Source of the DNA: Alphaproteobacteria bacterium
GTDB lineage: Bacteria > Pseudomonadota > Alphaproteobacteria > MPNO01
Length of the DNA stretch: 64,000 bases
NCBI GenBank assembly: GCA_965205995.1
Contig: OZ242200.1
Coordinates: 1,305,071 to 1,369,070 of the forward strand
Reading direction: 5' to 3'
Position 1 is the first letter of the stretch. Each line of letters starts with the position of its first letter. Positions 17,061-25,755 of this stretch are shown here, in pieces. The notes under the pieces are model-generated. The model saw nothing but the letters and a program-made list of their open reading frames with translations, had not been told where the DNA came from and did no database searches. The position numbers and the translations under genes are program-made.

Positions 17061-18410
17061 TTACTCCTCGCGCAGCGAGCGATAGAAGAAATCCGTCACC
17101 GGCTTGACCAGATAGCTTACCACCGAGCGCGTCCCGGTGCGGATATGCGCCTCCACCGGCATGCCGGGCGTCACCTGCAGGTCGCCGAACCGGCGGCGGT
17201 CGTCGTCCCCGGCGCGGCCGCCGGTCCCGCCGGCGGCGGCCGGCCGGTTCACGGCAAGCTCCACCTCGTACCAGTCGAGGCCGGACCGCTGGTCCCGCAT
17301 CGCGTCGGCCGAGACCCGCACCACACGCCCGTCGAACTCCGGCGTCTGGCGCGCCGGAAAGGCCGAGAAGCGGAGCATCGCCGGCTGCCCCGGATAGACC
17401 TGGTCGACGTCGATCGGGTTGATCCGCGCAATCACCACCAGCCGCGCGTCCGCCGGCACGATCTGCAGGATCGGCTCGCCCGGCCGCACCACCTCGCGGG
17501 GCGCGAACACGGTCATCCCGAACACCTCGCCCGCGACCGGCGCCCTGACCTCCAACCGTCCCAGCCGCTGGCGCAGCGCGGCCAGCCGCTGCATGACCTG
17601 GATCTCCTGCGCGCTCACATCGCGGGCCCGTTCCTCGGCCGCCTCGATGCGGCGGGAGTCGATCTGGAGGATCTGGATCTTCAGCTCGGCGATCCTGCCC
17701 CGGACGCCGGCGATGCGCGCCGCGGTGTTGCCCGACTGGCCCTCCAGGTTCTTGGCCCCGCGCTCGACCGCGAGCAACCGCGAAAGCTGCGTCAGCCCCT
17801 TCCGGAACAGCTCCCGCTGCGCCGTGAGCTCCCGGGCGATCAGCCCCTGCTGCTCCTTGAGCGAGGCCGCCTGCGCATCGAGCCCGGCGATCTCCTCGCG
17901 CGCCTGTCCGATCCGCTCGCGGAGCCGCGCCACCTCGCCGTCGCGGGCCGCCGAGCGCGCCCGGAACAGGCGGTCCTGGCCGTCGAGCACATCCTTCACC
18001 ATCGGGTCGGACGCCGCCCGGGCGGGCAGCCAGCTATCCCAAACGATGGCGTCGGCGCCCCGGAACTCGGCCTCCAGCCGGTTCCGCCGGGCGGTCAGCT
18101 CGGCATGCTGGGCCTGGAGCATCGCCTCCTCCGAACGCAGCTCCGCGTCGGCGAAGCGGAGCAGCACCTGGTCCCGGGCTACCCGGTCCCCGTCGCGGAC
18201 CAGGATCTCGCTGACCGTGCCGCCGTCGATATGCTCGACCGCCTGGTTGCGGGTCTCGACCGCGATCCGGCCCGGTGCGATCACCGCGCCCGAGACCGCG
18301 GCGAACAGGCTCCAGCCGAGGACACCGGCGACCAGCAGGAATACCCCGCCGAAGCCAAGGGCGAGCGCCCGGCCCGCCGGGAACGACCTGTCTGCCGCCC
18401 GCCCCGTCAC
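17061..18410 (-). CDS. Type I secretion membrane-fusion (HlyD-family) protein
   Basis: 449 aa; N-terminal TM anchor, long coiled coils, HlyD C-terminal barrel. ATG overlaps the stop of the ABC gene. Confidence 0.85.
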   Translation of the reverse strand: MTGRAADRSFPAGRALALGFGGVFLLVAGVLGWSLFAAVSGAVIAPGRIAVETRNQAVEHIDGGTVSEILVRDGDRVARDQVLLRFADAELRSEEAMLQAQHAELTARRNRLEAEFRGADAIVWDSWLPARAASDPMVKDVLDGQDRLFRARSAARDGEVARLRERIGQAREEIAGLDAQAASLKEQQGLIARELTAQRELFRKGLTQLSRLLAVERGAKNLEGQSGNTAARIAGVRGRIAELKIQILQIDSRRIEAAEERARDVSAQEIQVMQRLAALRQRLGRLEVRAPVAGEVFGMTVFAPREVVRPGEPILQIVPADARLVVIARINPIDVDQVYPGQPAMLRFSAFPARQTPEFDGRVVRVSADAMRDQRSGLDWYEVELAVNRPAAAGGTGGRAGDDDRRRFGDLQVTPGMPVEAHIRTGTRSVVSYLVKPVTDFFYRSLREE

Positions 18411-20185
18411 GACGCGCTCTCCCGGGGCGCCCGCCGGCTATCGGCCAGCGCGCCCGGCCCGGCACCGTCCGATGGCTTGGCGAGGCGGTCGGGCCGGCGG
18501 ATATGCACGACCCCGGTTTCGGATTGCGCCCGCGCTTCGCGCGCGGGCACCGGGCGCCCGCCTTCCATCGCGTAAACCCGGTCGCATTGCGCGAAAGCGC
18601 CCTGGCGGTGGGCGACGATCACCGCCGCTCCGCCGCGCTTCTTGTGATCCTCGACGGCGCGAGCGAGCGCCACGGCTCCGTCGGCGTCGAGGTTGGAATC
18701 GGGCTCGTCCATCACCACCACCGCAGGCGAGCCGTAGAACGCCCGCGCCAGCGCGATTCGCTGGCGCTGGCCGCCGGACAGCGCCGCGCCGCCCGCCGAG
18801 ACCTCGAAGTCGTAGCCGCCCGGGAGCTTGAGAATCATCTCATGCGCCCCGGCCCGCGTGGCCGCCTCGACGATGTCCTCGTCCTTGGCATCGGGGGACA
18901 TGCGGGCGATGTTCTCGGCCACCGTTCCCTCGAACAGCACCACCTCCTGCGGCAGATAGCCGACATGCCGGCCGAGCGCGGCGCCGTATTGCTCGAGCTC
19001 CGCCCCGTCGAGCCGCACCGAGCCCGCCGCCGGGCGCCAGACCCCGGCCAGCGCGCGGGCGAGCGTCGACTTGCCGGATGCCGAGGGTCCCGCGATCCCC
19101 GCCGCCTGGCCGGGTTCGAGGCGGAAATTCGCCCCGCGCACCGCCGGCACCCGCGCGCCCGGCGCGGCGACGGTGAGGGCCTGCACGTCGAGGATCGCGC
19201 GCGGCGCGGGCAGCATTGTCCGCGGCCGCTCGGGCGGCGTGTCGGCGAGCAGCGCCGCCAGCGAGCGCCGGGCCGCGAGCGCCCGCTGGAGAAGCGGCCA
19301 CTGCGCCACCGCCTGGTCGATCGGGGCGAGCGCGCGGCCGAGCAGGATCGACGCCGCGATGATCGCGCCGAAGGTCACCTGCGTCCGGATCGCGAGCCAC
19401 GCGCCGAGGCCCAGCATCATCGACTGGAGGAACAGCCTGAGCGTCTTCGACGTGACGCCGTAGAAGCCGTTGCGGTCGGACACCGCCATGGTCCGCTCCA
19501 GCAGCGCGTCGCGCATGGCGCCCGAGCGCGCGACCGCCGCGTCCTGCATGCCGAGGCCGTGGACGGTCTCGCTGCCCGCCCGCATCTGCTCGACGAAATG
19601 CGCGGAACGCGCCGTGGCCTCGCCCAGCTCCTTCTGGAGCCGTGCCGTCCTTGCCTGGTTGAGAAGGGCGATGAGCAGCAGGAGGGCGCCCGAGAACAGC
19701 GCCAGCAGCCCCAGCATCCAGTGGAACATGAACAGGGCGCAGAGGAACACCGGCGTCCACGGCGCATCGAAAAAGGCGAACGGCCCGTTGCCCGAGGCGA
19801 AGCGCTGGACCGCGTCCAGGTCGCTGAGCCCGGCCGCCGGGCGCGCCCGCTCGGCGGGAGCGATCGCTCGGGCGAGGATCGCCCGCAGCACACGCGCCTC
19901 CAGCCGGGCCTGAAACCTGGCTCCGGCGCGGGCCAGCACCCGCCCCCGCGCGTGGTCGAGAATCCCCATCGTCAGGAACAGGAAGGCGGCGATCGCGGCC
20001 AGCGTGACCAGCGTCGCCTCCGAGCGCGAGGTCAGCACCCGGTCATAGACCTGGAGCATGAAGATCGGCCCGGTGAGCATCAGCAAATTGACGAACAGGC
20101 CGAAGAAACCGCAGGCCAGGAACAGGAAGCGGCTTCCCGCCAGCGCGGTGCTGATCTCTCGATCGTCGATTCGGGTGTCTGTCAT
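18407..20185 (-). CDS. Type I secretion ABC transporter (PrtD/AprD-type: TMD-NBD, no C39 peptidase domain)
   Basis: 592 aa; 6-TM N-terminal domain, Walker A GPSASGKST, LSGGQRQR, Walker B VVVMDE. Confidence 0.85.
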   Translation of the reverse strand: MTDTRIDDREISTALAGSRFLFLACGFFGLFVNLLMLTGPIFMLQVYDRVLTSRSEATLVTLAAIAAFLFLTMGILDHARGRVLARAGARFQARLEARVLRAILARAIAPAERARPAAGLSDLDAVQRFASGNGPFAFFDAPWTPVFLCALFMFHWMLGLLALFSGALLLLIALLNQARTARLQKELGEATARSAHFVEQMRAGSETVHGLGMQDAAVARSGAMRDALLERTMAVSDRNGFYGVTSKTLRLFLQSMMLGLGAWLAIRTQVTFGAIIAASILLGRALAPIDQAVAQWPLLQRALAARRSLAALLADTPPERPRTMLPAPRAILDVQALTVAAPGARVPAVRGANFRLEPGQAAGIAGPSASGKSTLARALAGVWRPAAGSVRLDGAELEQYGAALGRHVGYLPQEVVLFEGTVAENIARMSPDAKDEDIVEAATRAGAHEMILKLPGGYDFEVSAGGAALSGGQRQRIALARAFYGSPAVVVMDEPDSNLDADGAVALARAVEDHKKRGGAAVIVAHRQGAFAQCDRVYAMEGGRPVPAREARAQSETGVVHIRRPDRLAKPSDGAGPGALADSRRAPRESAS

Positions 20186-20407
20186 GAAGCGGTTTCCCGG
20201 TGCCTGGTCGGGAGGTGGGTTCCGGCGGGAGGAATTGCCAATACCCTTTTGCTGGCCGTCCTATAGGGTTAGCTCATTACCTGTCGTTATATTCGTATGT
20301 CCGGCGGCCGGGTGGGGGGCGAAATCACCCCGTCGACAGGGCGGCGGATCTAAACGACGACCGGTTTGGCTGGCCACCCGAGCATGCTGCCCGTGCGCCC
20401 GCTCAAG

Positions 20408-20640
20408 GCGTCGCGGCGACGCTCAGGAACAGGGAGGCGTAGAACTCCGCGAGCGGCCCCGGGTCGACCGGCGGCTTCGCATTCCTAGTCGCCGAGACCC
20501 AGAACTCCCGGCCTTTCGCGTCGCGCGCCTGGGTGGTCAGGTTCAGCACCCCGGTCTCGCTGCCGCCCTTGAAGGCCACGCGCTTCCAGCGCGACCGTCC
20601 GACCGGGCCGGGGTCGAGGAGCGCAGGATCGTGGGCCAGT
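20408..20640 (-). pseudogene. Start-less C-terminal gene remnant (~77 codons, ends ...FKGGSETGVLNL..VSATRN..LSVAATP*), abutting repeat copy 2
   Basis: Open minus-strand frame with normal codon usage runs from inside the repeat to a TGA at ~20408, with no ATG/GTG/TTG. A K-G-G box ~55 aa from the end weakly suggests a serine-hydrolase/beta-lactamase-fold C-terminus. Confidence 0.35.
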
Positions 20641-20649
20641 GGAATTGCC

Positions 20650-20755
20650 GCCCTTCGATACGCCGCTTCGCGGCTATTCAGGGTGAGGGTACGGAGAGGG
20701 CGGCGCCCTCCTCATCCCGAGTAGGCGCGCGAGCGCCGTATCGAGGGACGCGGCG
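20650..20755 (+). repeat. Palindromic intergenic repeat, copy 2 (full length)
   Basis: CCCTTCGATACGCCGCTTCGCGGCTATTCAGGGTGAGGG..CCTCATCCCGAGTAGGCGCGCGAGCGCCGTATCGAGGG. Confidence 0.7.
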
Positions 20756-20815
20756 CAGCCTCTCCGCAGTTCCTTCGACACCATCGAACCGACCGGTGTC
20801 TTGGCGGCTACCCCG

Positions 20816-21580
20816 CTATTCCGCAAATTCGAACTTCAGGCCGGGAACCCCGCCGCCCAGCCTGTTCCGGAAGCCGGACCTGACGGCATCGCGATACTTG
20901 GCCCCGAACGCCTTCGCGGCGTCGACGAATTTCTTCCTGCGCGGCGACTCCTCGATCGCGTCCGCATGCCAGTCGCTTTCGATCCACCTTCGAAACCTTT
21001 CGCGGGGCAACCCGTACGCTGCCGGGTTCGCGTAGTGCGCCACGCGAAAGTAGTCGCTGGCGTCATTCCGCCAGTACAAGTTCAAAACCAGCGTGGAGGT
21101 ACCGGCGGTTTTCAGGACGTATTTCCTGACTTCGTCAAAGAAAGCCCATCGCGGCTTCCTTCGGCCGAACGGAATATGATTGATGATCCAACAATCGGCG
21201 TCGTTTTGGTTGTAGTTGCTGTCCGAATCGTTGTGGAGGACGTTGTTCCGGTCGCAGAGTTTGGGTCGCCTCAACCCGTTTCCAAAGGAATCGATGTTCG
21301 TCCTGACAACGATATAAGCCTTGGCCGAACCGTCTGCATTCTGGACGAGAAATGCGTTTGCGCTCGTAACAGGGCCAGTTCTGTCACTCCACAACCTGTC
21401 GGTCTCCGCGAACACCAGTTCCCACTCGCCTTCCGGCAGCGGAAGCTGCTTGTTTCCCAGCGTAGCGACGCCTTTCACCTTGGTGCCGGGGGAGGCGTCC
21501 AGGAGATTCTGGGCCTGCGGCGCCGAGATGGTCACGGCGATCAACGCGGCTCCCCCCAGGAAGGCATGAAACCGTGTCAT
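20816..21580 (-). CDS. Secreted hypothetical protein (254 aa, Sec signal peptide MTRFHAFLGGAALIAVTISAPQAQ)
   Basis: Internal start of track ORF 20816..21715 with GGGAG RBS; somewhat lower GC than neighbours; no recognisable domain. Confidence 0.55.
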   Translation of the reverse strand: MTRFHAFLGGAALIAVTISAPQAQNLLDASPGTKVKGVATLGNKQLPLPEGEWELVFAETDRLWSDRTGPVTSANAFLVQNADGSAKAYIVVRTNIDSFGNGLRRPKLCDRNNVLHNDSDSNYNQNDADCWIINHIPFGRRKPRWAFFDEVRKYVLKTAGTSTLVLNLYWRNDASDYFRVAHYANPAAYGLPRERFRRWIESDWHADAIEESPRRKKFVDAAKAFGAKYRDAVRSGFRNRLGGGVPGLKFEFAE

Positions 21581-21731
21581 GGCGTTACTCCCGTTGCAGT
21601 CTAGGTGCTGGTCATGGGACCAAGGGTCCAAGCCAGCGGGAACGTTATCACGACATCTCGAGCGTGCAAAAAAACTTGCGGTTTTGCCGAGGCAGCGAGA
21701 GACCGCCACCGCCATCGATGGCGGAAGCGCG

Positions 21732-22022
21732 TCAGGCGGCCTCCAGGGGCGTGATACCGGAGAGGTCGATGGTTTCGCGTGCGCGGGCGAGGTCCCAGGC
21801 CCGTTGCAGGTTCATCCAGAACTCCGGGCTGTTGCCGAAGAACTTCGCGAGCCGCATCGCGGTGTCCACCGTCATCGAGGTCTCGCCCTTCAGCAGGCGC
21901 TCGATCCGCGTCCGCGGCACCTTCAGCCGACTTGCGAGCGCAATCGCGCCCATGCCAAGCGGCTGGAGATAGAGCTCCGCCAGCACTTCGCCAGGATGAG
22001 AGGGATTCTTCAAGAGCGACAT
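21732..22022 (-). CDS. HigA-family antitoxin-like HTH protein (XRE-type), solitary
   Basis: NPSHPGEVL..PLG....LA..L.V....I..L..G....T.D.A.RLAKFFG.S.EFW.NLQ..WDL signature. No room for a higB on either side. Confidence 0.7.
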   Translation of the reverse strand: MSLLKNPSHPGEVLAELYLQPLGMGAIALASRLKVPRTRIERLLKGETSMTVDTAMRLAKFFGNSPEFWMNLQRAWDLARARETIDLSGITPLEAA

Positions 22023-22124
22023 CTTCCGCGCTTTCGGTCTTTGCCCCATATGACAGCCCGGCCGCTTACCCTGCCGCCGGGGATGAGCGTATCATTTCCG
22101 GTCCACGGGAAGAGGAGCTCCTTC

Positions 22125-23009
22125 ATGGGCGCGATCCCCGTCGCCTTCTATTCCGAGGGGTGCAGGCTCGTCGGAGATTTCTACCCGCCCGCCGATACCG
22201 GCGAGGCGCGGGCCGGTATCGTGCTCTGCCACGGCTATACCGGCGTCAAGGACCTCTATCTGCCCGACAACGCGCGGGTGCTCGCAGAGGCCGGCTACGC
22301 GGTGCTCGCCTTCGACTACAAGGGCTGGGGGGAGAGCGAGGGGCCGCGCACCCGCCTCGCCCCCTATAGCCGGGTGGCGGACACCCAGGCGGCGCTGACC
22401 TTCCTCGGCGCGCGGCCGGAGGTGGACGCAAGCCGGCTCGGGCTCTACGGCACCAGCTATGGCGGCGCGACGGCGGTGTGGACGGCCGCGGTCGACCGGC
22501 GGGTCGGCTGCGTCGTCAGCGTCGTCGGGATCGGCCATGGCGAGCGCTGGATGCGGAGCGTGCGCCGGCCCGACGAGTGGTTCGACCTGCTGGAGCGCTC
22601 CGCCGCCGACCGGGTCCGGCGCGCGCTGGACGGCGAATCGGAGTTCGTCGACCGCACCGAGGTGCTGCTGCCGGACCGCCAGTCGGCCGAGCTCGCCGCC
22701 GCCGCGCGGCAGGGCGTGCCCGGGGCGCTGGACAGCCTGCCCCTCGAATTCGTCGACGAGACGCTGGGTTTTCATCCCGAATGGGTGGTCGACAGGATCG
22801 CCCCCCGCCCCGTCCTCTTCATCACCACGGACGACGACCGGCTGGTGCCGCCGGAGGAATCCCGGGCGCTCTACGACAAGGCGGGCGAGCCCAAGAAGCT
22901 GGTGGTGCTCGAAGGCTACGGCCATTACGAGGTCTACACCGAGCCCGCCTTCGGCGAGGTCATGGGCGAGACCCTCGCCTGGTTCGCCGAGCATCTGCCG
23001 GCGGCGTGA
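22125..23009 (+). CDS. Alpha/beta-fold hydrolase (dienelactone-hydrolase-like)
   Basis: 294 aa from MGAIPVAFYSE (GAGGAG RBS); GTSYGG nucleophile elbow; inside antisense-extended track ORF 21579..23009. Confidence 0.75.
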   Translation: MGAIPVAFYSEGCRLVGDFYPPADTGEARAGIVLCHGYTGVKDLYLPDNARVLAEAGYAVLAFDYKGWGESEGPRTRLAPYSRVADTQAALTFLGARPEVDASRLGLYGTSYGGATAVWTAAVDRRVGCVVSVVGIGHGERWMRSVRRPDEWFDLLERSAADRVRRALDGESEFVDRTEVLLPDRQSAELAAAARQGVPGALDSLPLEFVDETLGFHPEWVVDRIAPRPVLFITTDDDRLVPPEESRALYDKAGEPKKLVVLEGYGHYEVYTEPAFGEVMGETLAWFAEHLPAA

Positions 23010-23025
23010 GCGGAGGCAAGGAGCC

Positions 23026-23364
23026 ATGAAACGAATCCTGCTAGCCGGTGCGCTTGTCCTCCTCGCCTCCGCCGCGTAGGCGCATTCGAAGATCGGTTCC
23101 ACGGTGCCGGCGGATGGCGCGGTGCTGGCGGCGGCGCCGGCCGAAATCGTCCTCGAATTCGCCAGGAAACTGCGCCTGACCAGGGTGCGGATGACGCATG
23201 GCGGCGATGCCGTCGATCTCGACCTCGGCGGGCGCAAGTCCTTCGCCACGAGGGTCGCGATCCCGCTCGTCGGGACGGGCAAGGGCGCTTACCGGATCGA
23301 GTGGCGCGGGCTCGCGGCGGACGGGCACGCGATGCGCGGTGCATTCGGCTTCCGGGTGAAGTGA
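23026..23364 (+). pseudogene. copC: copC (periplasmic copper-binding CopC) interrupted by an in-frame TAG at codon 18 (23077-23079) inside the signal peptide: MKRILLAGALVLLASAA*A|HSKIGSTVPADG...
   Basis: Strong RBS GGAGGCAAGGAG + ATG 23026. Same frame continues after the TAG into track ORF 23104..23364 (CopC fold: YRIEWRGLAADGHAMRGAFGFRVK). A-X-A cleavage site would expose the His1 copper ligand. Confidence 0.6.
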
Positions 23365-23367
23365 GCC

Positions 23368-24228
23368 TTGCCCGATCTCTGGCAGCTCGCCTCGGTCCTC
23401 GCGAAATTCCTGCTCTATATCGGCGTATTGGGAAGCGCCGGGCTGGTGCTCGCCCGCGCGGTGTTCGGCCGGGAAACGGGGCGGATGCAGGGCACGTTCC
23501 GCCGGCACGCGTCCGCGCTCGCGATCCTCGCGCTCCTTGCCGCCGGGCTCGGCTTCGCGCTCACCGGCGCTGCGATGACGGGCGACGCATCGGGTATGAC
23601 GGACCCGGAAATGCTGGGCCTTCTGTGGCAGACGCCGGTCGGGACGGCTCTGGTTCTGCGGGCGGCCGGCCTCGCCCTGCTGCTCGGCGGGGTCTGGCTG
23701 CCGGGGCGCGGGGTGTGGGTCGCGGGAGCTGGCGGCATGCTGGCGCTCTGGTCGTTCTGCCGGGTGGGGCATGTGGCAGATACCGGGTCGATCTGGCTCG
23801 AAGCGTTGTTGTTGGTGCATCTCGCCGCCGCCGCCTTCTGGATCGGCATCCTCGCGCCACTCAGGAGCCTCGCGGCGGGGAGCCTGAGGGAGGCCGCCGC
23901 GCTCGGCCGGCGGTTCGGTACGATCGCCTCCGTCACGGTGCCGCTGCTGATCGCCGCCGGGGTGGTCATGGCGTGGCGCCTGCTGGGCGATGTCTCGGCG
24001 CTGGTTACGACCGGCTACGGGCTGACGCTGCTCGCCAAGGTCGCGGGCGTCGGCGTGCTGCTCGGCGCGGCGGCGGCCAACCGGCTCCGCTTCGTCCCCG
24101 GCATGGCACGCGGCGAGAGGGTGGCGGCGGAAGGCCTGCGCCGGTCGATCGCCGTCGAATGGGTCGCGGTGTGCGCCGTCCTGTTCATCACCGCCGGGCT
24201 CACCGGCCTCGCCGGCCTGCCCTCCTGA
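23368..24228 (+). CDS. copD: CopD-family copper resistance membrane protein
   Basis: 286 aa, ~8 TM helices, TTG start 4 nt after the copC stop. Confidence 0.75.
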   Translation: MPDLWQLASVLAKFLLYIGVLGSAGLVLARAVFGRETGRMQGTFRRHASALAILALLAAGLGFALTGAAMTGDASGMTDPEMLGLLWQTPVGTALVLRAAGLALLLGGVWLPGRGVWVAGAGGMLALWSFCRVGHVADTGSIWLEALLLVHLAAAAFWIGILAPLRSLAAGSLREAAALGRRFGTIASVTVPLLIAAGVVMAWRLLGDVSALVTTGYGLTLLAKVAGVGVLLGAAAANRLRFVPGMARGERVAAEGLRRSIAVEWVAVCAVLFITAGLTGLAGLPS

Positions 24229-24234
24229 AACCCC

Positions 24235-24897
24235 TCACCCTTCCTTGAGCAGCCAGCGGAAGACCAGCGTGGCCGCCGCCGCGCCGGCGAGCTGGGCGAG
24301 GATAAAGCCCGGCGCATGGGCCGGCATGATGCCGGAGAAGGTATCGGTCAGGCTGCGCGCGATGGTGACCGCCGGGTTGGCGAAGGAGGTCGACGAGGTG
24401 AACCAGTAGCCGGCGGTGATGAACAACCCGACGGCGTAGGGCGTCGCGTCGGGACGGAAGCGCATTGTTCCCAGGATCGTCGCCACCAGCCCGAAGGTCG
24501 CGACGAACTCCCCGGCCCATTGCGGGATGCCGGTCCGGCTCTTCACCGAGGCGGCGAAGGCGGGCTCGGCGAACATCAGATGGGCGACCAGCACGCCAAC
24601 CAGCCCGGCGGCGACCTGCACCAGGACGTAGAGCGCGGCATCGCGGGCGCCGATCTCGCGGCGGATCAGGAAAGAGAGCGTCACCGCCGGGTTGAAATGG
24701 GCGCCGGAGACCGCCCCGAAGACCAGGATCAGCACGGCCAGGATGGCGCCGGTCGCCACGGTGTTGCCCAACAACGCGAGCGCCGCGTTCCCGCCGGCCA
24801 GGTTCTCCGCCATGATTCCGGAGCCGACGACGGTGGCCAGCAGGAAGCCGGTCCCCAGCGCCTCGGCGGCGAGCTTGCGGGCGAAGGAAAATTTCAC
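24235..24897 (-). CDS. Aquaporin/MIP-family channel (AqpS/GlpF-like)
   Basis: Two NPA boxes (HFNPAVT, FANPAVT), 6 TM. Confidence 0.85.
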   Translation of the reverse strand: MKFSFARKLAAEALGTGFLLATVVGSGIMAENLAGGNAALALLGNTVATGAILAVLILVFGAVSGAHFNPAVTLSFLIRREIGARDAALYVLVQVAAGLVGVLVAHLMFAEPAFAASVKSRTGIPQWAGEFVATFGLVATILGTMRFRPDATPYAVGLFITAGYWFTSSTSFANPAVTIARSLTDTFSGIMPAHAPGFILAQLAGAAAATLVFRWLLKEG

Positions 24898-24985
24898 GGG
24901 CGCGCGCCGGGCTCCACGGGGCGGTCAGCCGGTCCGGCCGATGTCGTCGAGGCGGTCCTGAAGCGCGAGCCTGTCGAGCGAGCGC

Positions 24986-25016
24986 CTCGGCAGATTGACA
25001 AAGATCGAAATCCTGT
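24986..25016. promoter_or_regulatory. Inverted repeat ATTGACAAA-N15-TTTGTCAGC in the arsI-aquaporin spacer; candidate operator
   Basis: Read directly; 7-bp arms TGACAAA/TTTGTCA. AT-rich relative to the surroundings. Confidence 0.3.
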
Positions 25017-25019
25017 TTG

Positions 25020-25493
25020 TCAGCATGCGGCAGGTGTCGGCGAAGGCGACGGCTGGAGCGACGCCGGTTCGTGCAGCGCCTCGATTCCGGCGTCGCGCGC
25101 GTCGTCCCGGCCCATGGTCTCGGAATGGCCGAGCCGGTGGAAGGTCTCCCACACCACCCCGTCGGGATCGGCGGCCCAGGTCTTGTTGCCCCGGGCGTAG
25201 CAGCAGAGGTTTTCCCTCTCCTCGAAGATCGTCTGCTCCGCCCGGGTCAGCGCGGCGGTGATCCCGGCGAGGGCGTCGTCATCGTCGACCTGGATGCCGA
25301 GATGGGAGATGCCCCCGCCTTCATCCTCGCGGCATTCCCTGGTCGAGACCGCGAAATTGACCGCGGGCTCGTCGAGCAGCCACTGGGCGTAGTCGTCCTT
25401 CAGCTTGGACGGCGCGGCGCCGAACAGGGTGCGGTAGAAGCGCACCGACCGGTCGAGGTCCGCGACGTGGAGATGGACATGCAGCCGTTTCAT
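25020..25493 (-). CDS. arsI: ArsI/CadI-family VOC (glyoxalase-fold) metalloenzyme, C-As lyase-like
   Basis: 157 aa; vicinal Cys pair in NLCCYARGNKTWAADPDGVVWETFH matches the ArsI substrate-binding CC motif; VOC fold HVHLHVADLDRSVRFY. Confidence 0.7.
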   Translation of the reverse strand: MKRLHVHLHVADLDRSVRFYRTLFGAAPSKLKDDYAQWLLDEPAVNFAVSTRECREDEGGGISHLGIQVDDDDALAGITAALTRAEQTIFEERENLCCYARGNKTWAADPDGVVWETFHRLGHSETMGRDDARDAGIEALHEPASLQPSPSPTPAAC

Positions 25494-25503
25494 GGTCGTC
25501 GCT

Positions 25504-25640
25504 CCCTTCGATGCGCCGCGCAGCCCGTCCCGAGCGAAGCCGAGGGGCGGCTACTCAGGGTGAGGGAATAAAACAAACTCCTCATCCCGAGTAGACCCGG
25601 AGGGCCGTACCGAGAGGCCGCTCACGCGCAGCCCCCCCGC
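25504..25640 (+). repeat. Palindromic intergenic repeat, copy 3 (full length, with a 27-nt internal insertion)
   Basis: CCCTTCGATGCGCCGCG[cagcccgtcccgagcgaagccgagggg]CGGCTACTCAGGGTGAGGG..CCTCATCCCGAGTAGACCCGGAGGGCCGTACCGAGAGG. Confidence 0.7.
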
Positions 25641-25755
25641 ATCGCCGCCCCTATTATAGAATGACCGCCCGAAGATCCCGACCACCGCCGACGATGCGCT
25701 GATCGAACGCATTCGCCCGCTGCTCGCCGGGCGCGAGGGCTATTCCGAGCGCAGG

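Noticed and set aside
24925-25152. ORF 24925..25152 (-) 75 aa as a possible ArsR between arsI and the aquaporin
   Set aside because: Overlaps the 3' end of arsI in another frame and lacks the ArsR metal-binding ELCVCDL-type helix; judged spurious.
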